Shown piece by piece: positions 26,360-37,817 of a stretch of 64,000 nt of DNA. The notes beneath the pieces are model-generated. The model had not been told where the DNA came from. It worked only from the letters and a program-made list of their open reading frames with translations, and ran no database searches. The stretch comes from Chromatiales bacterium (lineage in GTDB: Bacteria; Pseudomonadota; Gammaproteobacteria; Chromatiales; Chromatiaceae). Each line of letters opens with the position of its first letter. Position 1 is the stretch's first letter. The stretch is taken from the NCBI GenBank assembly GCA_024712425.1, contig JAKRWE010000002.1:1518-65517 (forward strand), given 5' to 3'. Position numbers and translations under genes: made by a program.

Positions 26360-27382
26360 TCAGTGAATCAGTCCCACCCGCTCCGGCGCCAGCTGTTCGA
26401 GGGCCCGGTAGTGGATATAGTCCATGTAGTTGGGCACCGTATCTCCTTCGGCGAAACCGCGCTCCAGGGCCCAGCGGGCCTCGGCCTCGAGCGTGGTGAT
26501 CAGCCACTGGTCGAGATTGACCGCGAAGCGTAAATCGCTCCATATTCCCCCGATCAGGTCCGGATCCTTTTCGAATCGTTGCGCCACCAGCCCACGCGAC
26601 TCATCCGGATGCCGGTTGATATAGTGGACGGCCTTTATCAGGATCTGCAACAGGCGCCGAACCTCGGAGGGATGAGCCGCCACAAACGTTTTCCGCGCCA
26701 GCAGATTGAAGGCCTCCAGATAGAAATGCTGGTGGGGCACGAGCAAGGCGTCCCCGCCCAGATCCCGCTGGGCCAGTTGCACATAGGGTTCCCAACTGGC
26801 AACCGCATCCACCTCGCCGTTTTCCAGCAATGCAGGCGTCTTTTCCGGCTGGATACCCGTAATCTCGACCGAAGAGGCAACTATCCCGTGCATCAGCAGG
26901 GTGTGGTCGAGAAAAAATGTGCCGACGCACCGAGGATGGTTCCCACCCTGCGCCCCTGCAGATCCGCCAGGGAGCGAATACCGCTTTGACGGCGCGTGAG
27001 AATCTTGACGTCGTTGTCAGAACTGACAAAGGTGGCGAGGACGACAAAATCAGAGTGCCTGAAACTGTTGACCATAACCACGGTTTCAGAGGACGTGGCA
27101 AAGTCCACATCGCCGCGGAACATCGCCTGCGCCGTGCGGTGCCCACCAATGTAGTCCTTTATTTCAACGTCCAGGCCCTGCGCCCGAAAATAATGCTTGG
27201 CCTCTGCGATCACAAACGGCGCTGACAGCGGGGTGACTGAAACGCCAATCCGCAATGGAACGGCTGTTTCCGCAACCACTGACCGACATAGTAAAGAGGA
27301 ACAAAAGAAGCAGCAGGACAACGCTTGAACGCCCGCACTGGCGGTCCGGATGAGATGCTCCCGGGAAGCTGCGCATGGGCAT
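26360..27382 (-). pseudogene. periplasmic NMT1/SsuA-like substrate-binding protein, frameshifted
   Basis: ORF 26893-27321 ends ...GASAHFFSTTPC*. Adding one T to the T6 run (plus strand A6 at 26912-26917) restores HFFLDHTLLMHGIVASS..., which is ORF 26360-26893. The best signal peptide (MPMRSF...LFLFTMSVSGC, from 27382) is in yet another frame. The stop lies 1 nt from the sensor gene start. Confidence 0.75.
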
Positions 27383-27515
27383 GTCCTTCTAGTGTTCCAA
27401 CTTGATCCAAGTTAAAAGTATGGCACACCCTGGGCATTTTCAAGGACAGGAGGATATTCACGGCCAAAAAGCCTAAGCCCGGCCGCTGTGCCGCACTACG
27501 TTTTTGTCTATGGCC

Positions 27516-28292
27516 TCAGTAACGCACGGCCGGCGTTTCGATCCTGAGCCCATTGGATCGCGACATGATATAGGCTCCCAGCAGCCGACTCTCTTCCGAG
27601 TCTGGCATGAAAGGTTCGGCACGCATCAGCGTCAGGCACTGTTTGATGCACAGATCGAGGTTGGCCATCTCACCGGTATCCAACCGATAGGCCGGGAAGC
27701 CGTTTCCCATTCCCTGACTGATACGCTGCCCCCGAATGTATTGTCCGGTATACATCTCATGGCAGTGCGCGCAGGACATATCGATCAGACCGAAGCGGGT
27801 GCGGTAGATCGCCTCGCCTTTTTTCAGCAATGACGCCATCGACCCATCGGTTTGTACATTGACCGCCTCGCCAGCAGCCAGGTGGCGCACAAAGGTCTCC
27901 AGGGCCAGGAGGTCGGGATCATGGTATGGCAGCGCCTTGGTCCGGGCACGCTGCTCCTGGCAGTTGCGAATGCGGTCCTGCAGGCGGACGATGCCGCCCA
28001 TGCTCTTGTCGTAGACCGGGTAGCGGGCGAGCCTTTTCGCGTCCAGCTTTGCGCCCTCCTGGCCGTGACAGCTGGCACAGGATCTGCCGGAATCCGGCCG
28101 CCTGCGGAACAATTCCTGCCCCTTGTCGACCGCCAGATAACCCGGATTCTCGAATTCGTCGTCCTGCATCTGGCGGGTCTCTTCCCGGAGGTAGGCATAG
28201 CCGGACTTCGCCTGCCGGTCAGCCCATGCGTTATTGGCAAGCAGCGCAACGATCAGCCCCAGCGCCCAGGGCAATATCCTGGGCCCGGTCAT
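27516..28292 (-). CDS. soxA: sulfur-oxidation dihaem cytochrome c SoxA
   Basis: 258 aa starting MTGPRILPW (signal peptide), with two CxxCH motifs (CASCH, CAHCH) and SoxA-like sequence throughout. ATG 28292 overlaps the soxX stop (ATGA). The extension of the track ORF to 28622 is rejected. Confidence 0.85.
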   Translation of the reverse strand: MTGPRILPWALGLIVALLANNAWADRQAKSGYAYLREETRQMQDDEFENPGYLAVDKGQELFRRRPDSGRSCASCHGQEGAKLDAKRLARYPVYDKSMGGIVRLQDRIRNCQEQRARTKALPYHDPDLLALETFVRHLAAGEAVNVQTDGSMASLLKKGEAIYRTRFGLIDMSCAHCHEMYTGQYIRGQRISQGMGNGFPAYRLDTGEMANLDLCIKQCLTLMRAEPFMPDSEESRLLGAYIMSRSNGLRIETPAVRY

Positions 28293-28756
28293 TTCAGCGT
28301 CGCCAGGTAGGCGATGACATCTTCGACAGCCTGCGCCGGAAGAAACGCCCTGCCCCGGTATTTCACAGCAGGGCGATTGATCAACGCGAGATCGGGATAG
28401 TAGCCAGGCATGATGGAATAAGGGTTCAGATGGCGTGCATCCACCACCCGCAGGCGCAGCTGCGCCCGGGTGAGACGACTGGCGACCCCGGCCAGCGGCG
28501 GCCCGATGGTGCCATAGCCTTCCACCCCGTCCACCGGCAGTCGATGGCAGGCAAGACAATTGCCCTGCCCGCTGTCCAGCACGATACGCCGACCGCGCCC
28601 CGCATCGCCCTGCAAACCACAAAGTGGCTCAGGGACCCCATAGTCAACCATCTTCCACTTGCAATAAGCCTCTGCCGGCGTGACTGCGGCACTATCTGAC
28701 GCCATGCCGGTCATGGGTGTAAGCAGGAACACGAGGAGAATACCGGCGCCTTTCAT
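28289..28756 (-). CDS. soxX: sulfur-oxidation monohaem cytochrome c SoxX
   Basis: 155 aa with a signal peptide, a single CLACH haem site and the GTIGPPL...M motif region typical of SoxX. It is coupled to soxA. Confidence 0.8.
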   Translation of the reverse strand: MKGAGILLVFLLTPMTGMASDSAAVTPAEAYCKWKMVDYGVPEPLCGLQGDAGRGRRIVLDSGQGNCLACHRLPVDGVEGYGTIGPPLAGVASRLTRAQLRLRVVDARHLNPYSIMPGYYPDLALINRPAVKYRGRAFLPAQAVEDVIAYLATLK

Positions 28757-28835
28757 TGGATCGTTGAATCATGTTGTTGAGCGGACAAAGATTCCCACAG
28801 CTCCGATGCGTTTGTCCAATCCCTGTCACGCACGG

Positions 28836-29326
28836 TGTTAGTCCAAAGCAGTAATATCCCCTTTGTCCAATTCTAAAATGTCCCCTTTTGATTTCGGGAG
28901 GGGTGGTGACAGAGGAGACCATTGCGATGACACAGAAGACGGTGGACCGGCTGGGGGTGGTTCAGCAGGTTGTCGACCGGCAGTTGCGGCAGAAAGAGGC
29001 GGCACGGCAGTTGGACTTGAGCGTGCGGCAGATCAAGCGCCTGGTGGTCCGATACCGGGCCGAGGGAGCGGCTGGACTGGTTTCCCGCCACCGGGGCAGG
29101 CGCCCCAACAACCAGATCGCCGATGCGCTCCGGCAGGAGATCCTCGACAAAGCATCCACGCCACCGTCGAGAAGGCCAAGACCATCCAACTCAACCGCAG
29201 GACCCACAGGCCTGCACCGGACCATCCCTGGAGATGAGGCGCCCCCTCGTCCCCTCATGACCCCGGACTCACCAAGGGGACATTTCAGCTTGGGAGAAAA
29301 GGGGACATTTTAGAATTGGGTTGACA
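28836..29326 (+). mobile_element. 491-bp non-autonomous IS derivative (HTH-only), copy 1
   Basis: Ends are TGTTAGTCC... and ...GGGTTGACA. A perfect 23-bp subterminal inverted repeat CCAATTCTAAAATGTCCCCTTTT lies at 28867-28889 and 29297-29319. The internal ORF MTQKTVDRLGVVQQVV...RYRAEGAAGLVSRHRGRRPNN is the HTH N-terminus of an ISNCY/IS481-type rve transposase, with no catalytic domain. Confidence 0.8.
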
Positions 29327-29554
29327 GAGCCAAAAAACATTTTGATCATAGATAGTGAAAAGGAGGACCTGCAGGCGTATGCGAACGCCTTGCACAAAGA
29401 GGGTTATGAAGTCGCCACAATAGGCAGCGGCAAGCAGGCATTGGAACTCGCAGGATTGGGCGGGTTGCCGGACTTGGCAGTGATCCAGGTGTGTCTGCCC
29501 GACATTTCAGGCCTGAAGGTGGCGCAGGAACTGCAGTCGTTGGGGGGTCTCTAA
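29321..29554 (+). pseudogene. truncated response-regulator receiver fragment (spacer copy 1)
   Basis: KNILIIDSEKEDL...GYEVATIGSGKQALE...PDLAVIQVCLPDISGLKVAQEL follows the CheY-like pattern. It stops after 77 aa at a G6 run (29542-29547). Its first codons lie inside the IS end, and the expected phospho-acceptor Asp position reads Q. Confidence 0.6.
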
Positions 29555-29714
29555 CCCGGATATTTCATCCGCTTCTCGCTTTTCCGGGCGGTCAGTGGAT
29601 GGAAGATGTGGTGCCTCGAACGGGACGTGGAAAGGCTCGTGAAGGGCTATTTTCTAGGCTGCAGGCACACCTTCCCCTTACCCCCCATTGTTTGTCAACG
29701 TGCCGGGGCGGCAC

Positions 29715-30205
29715 TGTTAGTCCAAAGCAGTAATATCCCCTTTGTCCAATTCTAAAATGTCCCCTTTTGATTTCGGGAGGGGTGGTGACAGAGGAGACCA
29801 TTGCGATGACACAGAAGACGGTGGACCGGCTGGGGGTGGTTCAGCAGGTTGTCGACCGGCAGTTGCGGCAGAAAGAGGCGGCACGGCAGTTGGACTTGAG
29901 CGTGCGGCAGATCAAGCGCCTGGTGGTCCGATACCGGGCCGAGGGAGCGGCTGGACTGGTTTCCCGCCACCGGGGCAGGCGCCCCAACAACCAGATCGCC
30001 GATGCGCTCCGGCAGGAGATCCTCGACAAAGCATCCACGCCACCGTCGAGAAGGCCAAGACCATCCAACTCAACCGCAGGACCCACAGGCCTGCACCGGA
30101 CCATCCCTGGAGATGAGGCGCCCCCTCGTCCCCTCATGACCCCGGACTCACCAAGGGGACATTTCAGCTTGGGAGAAAAGGGGACATTTTAGAATTGGGT
30201 TGACA
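29715..30205 (+). mobile_element. 491-bp non-autonomous IS derivative, copy 2
   Basis: Offset by exactly 879 bp from copy 1, with identical ORF translations. Confidence 0.8.
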
Positions 30206-30433
30206 GAGCCAAAAAACATTTTGATCATAGATAGTGAAAAGGAGGACCTGCAGGCGTATGCGAACGCCTTGCACAAAGAGGGTTATGAAGTCGCCACAAT
30301 AGGCAGCGGCAAGCAGGCATTGGAACTCGCAGGATTGGGCGGGTTGCCGGACTTGGCAGTGATCCAGGTGTGTCTGCCCGACATTTCAGGCCTGAAGGTG
30401 GCGCAGGAACTGCAGTCGTTGGGGGGTCTCTAA
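30200..30433 (+). pseudogene. truncated response-regulator receiver fragment (spacer copy 2)
   Basis: Identical to 29321-29554. Confidence 0.6.
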
Positions 30434-30593
30434 CCCGGATATTTCATCCGCTTCTCGCTTTTCCGGGCGGTCAGTGGATGGAAGATGTGGTGCCTCGAAC
30501 GGGACGTGGAAAGGCTCGTGAAGGGCTATTTTCTAGGCTGCAGGCACACCTTCCCCTTACCCCCCATTGTTTGTCAACGTGCCGGGGCGGCAC

Positions 30594-31084
30594 TGTTAGT
30601 CCAAAGCAGTAATATCCCCTTTGTCCAATTCTAAAATGTCCCCTTTTGATTTCGGGAGGGGTGGTGACAGAGGAGACCATTGCGATGACACAGAAGACGG
30701 TGGACCGGCTGGGGGTGGTTCAGCAGGTTGTCGACCGGCAGTTGCGGCAGAAAGAGGCGGCACGGCAGTTGGACTTGAGCGTGCGGCAGATCAAGCGCCT
30801 GGTGGTCCGATACCGGGCCGAGGGAGCGGCTGGACTGGTTTCCCGCCACCGGGGCAGGCGCCCCAACAACCAGATCGCCGATGCGCTCCGGCAGGAGATC
30901 CTCGACAAAGCATCCACGCCACCGTCGAGAAGGCCAAGACCATCCAACTCAACCGCAGGACCCACAGGCCTGCACCGGACCATCCCTGGAGATGAGGCGC
31001 CCCCTCGTCCCCTCATGACCCCGGACTCACCAAGGGGACATTTCAGCTTGGGAGAAAAGGGGACATTTTAGAATTGGGTTGACA
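30594..31084 (+). mobile_element. 491-bp non-autonomous IS derivative, copy 3
   Basis: Offset by exactly 1758 bp from copy 1, with identical ORF translations. Confidence 0.8.
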
Positions 31085-31085
31085 T

Positions 31086-31292
31086 GATTTTCCACCGCTG
31101 AAACGCCACCGGATCGAGGCCCGATTTTCAGGCGGGGATATCACCAGCGATGGTGGCCTGTTGTTGCTCCGGCAAGTCGATCGACGGCTGGGGTTGCTCG
31201 AGGCGGTCAATGCGAGGCTCCCCGACCCCCGCGATGCCCGCTATGTCGTGCATGACCAACTGACGTTGTTGCGTCAACGCGTCCATGCCCCC
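31086..31292 (+). pseudogene. N-terminal fragment of an IS1380/IS4-type DDE transposase gene
   Basis: The translation ...RFSGGDITSDGGLLLLRQVDRRLGLLEAVNARLPDPRDARYVVHDQLTLLRQRV matches the conserved N-terminal block of that transposase class (F.GG.LTS.AGLLLL...RLGL...D.R....H....LLRQRV). It is cut on both sides by the 491-bp element. Confidence 0.55.
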
Positions 31293-31783
31293 TGTCAACC
31301 CAATTCTAAAATGTCCCCTTTTCTCCCAAGCTGAAATGTCCCCTTGGTGAGTCCGGGGTCATGAGGGGACGAGGGGGCGCCTCATCTCCAGGGATGGTCC
31401 GGTGCAGGCCTGTGGGTCCTGCGGTTGAGTTGGATGGTCTTGGCCTTCTCGACGGTGGCGTGGATGCTTGGTCGAGGATCTCCTGCCGGAGCGCATCGGC
31501 GATCTGGTTGTTGGGGCGCCTGCCCCGGTGGCGGGAAACCAGTCCAGCCGCTCCCTCGGCCCGGTATCGGACCACCAGGCGCTTGATCTGCCGCACGCTC
31601 AAGTCCAACTGCCGTGCCGCCTCTTTCTGCCGCAACTGCCGGTCGACAACCTGCTGAACCACCCCCAGCCGGTCCACCGTCTTCTGTGTCATCGCAATGG
31701 TCTCCTCTGTCACCACCCCTCCCGAAATCAAAAGGGGACATTTTAGAATTGGACAAAGGGGATATTACTGCTTTGGACTAACA
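31293..31783 (-). mobile_element. 491-bp non-autonomous IS derivative, copy 4 (inverted)
   Basis: Reverse complement of copies 1-3 over the full 491 bp. I found one substitution, at 31470, which corresponds to 29149. Confidence 0.8.
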
Positions 31784-31984
31784 ACAAATACCGTGACCTT
31801 TGTCATCTTACTCCAAAACAACTATGACGAACGGTTCACAAAGCGTCCTTTCGATGAATCAAGTTCCTGAATTTACATAAAAAAGAACTAAATGCAGCAG
31901 ACGCTCACAAGTGACTGATTTAACGCAGGCCAAGCGCCCTTATTCGGGTCAAACAGGCTCGAAACAGCGCGCAAATCTGCAATC

Positions 31985-32692
31985 TCAGGATTCCTGTTCC
32001 CGTTGGCGCAGATAAAACAGGGCAATCTCAAGGTCTCCCGGACGGGTGACCTTGAGATTGTCTGCCGCCCCCTCCACCATCAGCGGACGCCCCCCCACCC
32101 ACTCGATGGCGCTGGCCTCGTCGGTTACCGTCGCACCCGCTTCCAGGGCCCTGCTCAATGCATCCATGAGCTGTCCCAGGCGAAACATTTGCGGGGTAAA
32201 GGCCCGCCACAATCCCTCGCGCTCGACCGTTTCCCGTACCCGCTGGTCCCGGCCAGCCCGCTTGACCGTGTCATGCACCGGGATACCCAGCAAACCACCG
32301 GTATCAGCGGCGGATACCGCTGCCATCAGGCGATCGATATCAGCGCGCCGCACACAGGGCCGGGCCGCATCGTGCACCAGCACCCAGTCGTCCCCCGCCG
32401 CCTCGCGGGACAGGACACGCAGCGCATTCAGCACCGAGTCGGCGCGCTCCCGACCACCGGGCGCACGCACAAGCTGCGGGTGATTGGCGTAATCGGTCCC
32501 TTCCCACCAGGCATCATCCGGCGCCAGGGCCACGCACACACCTGAGATGGCCGGGTGCCCGAGGAACGCTTCGATGGCGTAATCCATCACCCTGCGCCCG
32601 GCCAGTGGCAGGTATTGCTTGGGGACATCGCCCCCCATACGGCGCCCGACCCCCGCCGCGGGAATCACGGCCCAGCATCCTGCCTCACTCAT
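31985..32692 (-). CDS. ispD: 2-C-methyl-D-erythritol 4-phosphate cytidylyltransferase
   Basis: AVIPAAGVGRRMGGDVPKQYL N-terminal motif. The ftsB-ispD synteny is conserved. Confidence 0.9.
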   Translation of the reverse strand: MSEAGCWAVIPAAGVGRRMGGDVPKQYLPLAGRRVMDYAIEAFLGHPAISGVCVALAPDDAWWEGTDYANHPQLVRAPGGRERADSVLNALRVLSREAAGDDWVLVHDAARPCVRRADIDRLMAAVSAADTGGLLGIPVHDTVKRAGRDQRVRETVEREGLWRAFTPQMFRLGQLMDALSRALEAGATVTDEASAIEWVGGRPLMVEGAADNLKVTRPGDLEIALFYLRQREQES

Positions 32693-32978
32693 CGCGATCC
32701 TGCTCCGGCCCTATCAGCTGAAAATAGGTCTCCCCCTCCCGGATCAACCCCAGTTCATGCCGTGCCCTGACCTCCATGGCGTCCTCGTTCCTGCGCAAAC
32801 TCTCCACCTCCGCGCGCAATGCCTGGTTGCGCGCCTGCAGCGCCTTCAATTGGCTCTGTTGCACCGCCATGCGGCGCTCGATATCCCGAACCTCGATAAA
32901 ACTGTTCCACAGGCGATACTGCAGCAGCAGGAACACAACCAGCAGCCCCAGCAGGAGCAGTCTGTTCTTCCAGCTCAC
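32685..32978 (-). CDS. ftsB: cell division protein FtsB
   Basis: 97 aa with an N-terminal TM and coiled coil and the tail ARHELGLIREGETYFQL. It lies between eno and ispD. Confidence 0.88.
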   Translation of the reverse strand: MSWKNRLLLLGLLVVFLLLQYRLWNSFIEVRDIERRMAVQQSQLKALQARNQALRAEVESLRRNEDAMEVRARHELGLIREGETYFQLIGPEQDRDE

Positions 32979-33063
32979 CGGGACAGCTCTCCGTCCGAAA
33001 CAGAACCGGCCACCCCGAGGAAGGCGGCTTCATCGCGCGCGCTTCGCCTGACCGCAATACCGA

Positions 33064-36951
<3,888 letters not shown>

Positions 36952-37192
36952 TCACCCCCACCGGCAGGCGTTGAACCGTGGGACTACATTCACATTACAT
37001 TCGAATCTTTTGGAATTAACGTATAAACAAATACTTAACGACAATATTCCTTCCCGAGAAAATACTGGCGACACGACACAGGGTACGCTATATACATACC
37101 CTGTCTGCGTAAGACACAGAAGGACGAACCCCTTACCGGGTGCCGTCGATCGTGGTAAGACGACCACCAAAAACTACTGAGGAGTAATATCA

Positions 37193-37660
37193 ATGCGCAT
37201 AATTGCCAAGACTTTGGGTATCGCCACCGTTGCAGGCGCCTTGGCTTTGTCCATGTCGACGGCCCAGGCCTCTTCTTCCTGGGGCCCCTGGGGTGACAAT
37301 GGCTCCGGCTACGGCAGCGGCACCGGTCGCGGTGACTTCACCGGCGACGGCACCGGCGAAGGTGAAGGCGAATTCAACATGAACTTCAAGGGACGCAGCA
37401 AGACCCGCGGCAACTTCCAGGGCAACGGCGACACCGACTGGCGTGGCAATACCTACAGCTATGACCAACCCTATTATGGTGGCTGGGGCGGTCCTTATGG
37501 CGGCTATGGCGGCCCGGCCTACGGCATGCCTTATGGCGCACCGCCCGCAGGCCCCTGGGGTGCACCAGGTTATCAGCCGCCGCCGCAGGGCTATCGCCCG
37601 CAGGCCCCCGCGCCGCGCCGCCCGGCAGCTCCGCAACAGCGGCCGCCGGCAGCCAAATAG
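37193..37660 (+). CDS. secreted Gly/Tyr/Pro-rich structural-type protein, possible sulfur globule envelope protein (Sgp-like)
   Basis: Sec signal MRIIAKTLGIATVAGALALSMSTAQA|S, followed by GDG/GEG repeats, an FNMNFKGRS core, a GGWGGPYGGYGGPAYGMPYG block and a P/Q-rich tail. GGAG Shine-Dalgarno and a strong terminator are present. Confidence 0.5.
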   Translation: MRIIAKTLGIATVAGALALSMSTAQASSSWGPWGDNGSGYGSGTGRGDFTGDGTGEGEGEFNMNFKGRSKTRGNFQGNGDTDWRGNTYSYDQPYYGGWGGPYGGYGGPAYGMPYGAPPAGPWGAPGYQPPPQGYRPQAPAPRRPAAPQQRPPAAK

Positions 37661-37676
37661 GCCTTTCGCCCACTCC

Positions 37677-37709
37677 GAAAAAACCGCAGCCATCCGCTGC
37701 GGTTTTTTT
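37677..37709 (+). terminator. rho-independent terminator after the Sgp-like gene
   Basis: AAAAAACCGCAGCCATCCGCTGCGGTTTTTTT. Confidence 0.85.
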
Positions 37710-37817
37710 CTTGTCCGCCTGTCGAACCACATATTGACCGAGGTTTACCCAAAAGAACTGGAAACGCGGTCAGTTTCCCTGCAAAATCAGGCAGTCAGTC
37801 AGCGGCGAGGGTTACAG

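Larger units (their letters stand above)
28836..31084 (+). repeat. 879-bp tandem repeat, 2.56 units (element-spacer-element-spacer-element)
   Basis: ORF sets recur at 28863/29742/30621, 28888/29767/30646 and 29321/30200 with identical translations. The period is 879 bp. Confidence 0.9.

Noticed and set aside
27516-28622. The 368-aa version of soxA, which overlaps most of soxX.
   Set aside because: The signal peptide and SoxA similarity start at MTGPRILPW (ATG 28292). That start is translationally coupled to the soxX stop. The upstream 110 aa are Arg/Gly/Ala-rich shadow sequence.
28888-29313. The 141-aa and 124-aa ORFs repeated in each element, considered as functional transposases.
   Set aside because: Only the first ~75 aa are transposase-like (the HTH). 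The rest is frame-scrambled terminal sequence with no DDE/rve catalytic region. They are treated as remnants or possible HTH-only products, not as a transposase.
29491-29733. An 80-aa ORF in the spacer, considered as the continuation of the receiver domain after a G6 frameshift (…TRIFHPLLAFPGGQWMEDVV…).
   Set aside because: Its resemblance to the beta4-alpha4 region of receivers is too weak for me to call by eye. It is mentioned only as a possibility under the receiver-fragment finding.
28836-31084. The regularly spaced repeats, considered as a CRISPR array.
   Set aside because: The period is 879 bp, the 'spacers' are identical to each other, the repeats carry IS ends and an HTH ORF, and no cas genes are present. 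This is a tandem duplication, not CRISPR.
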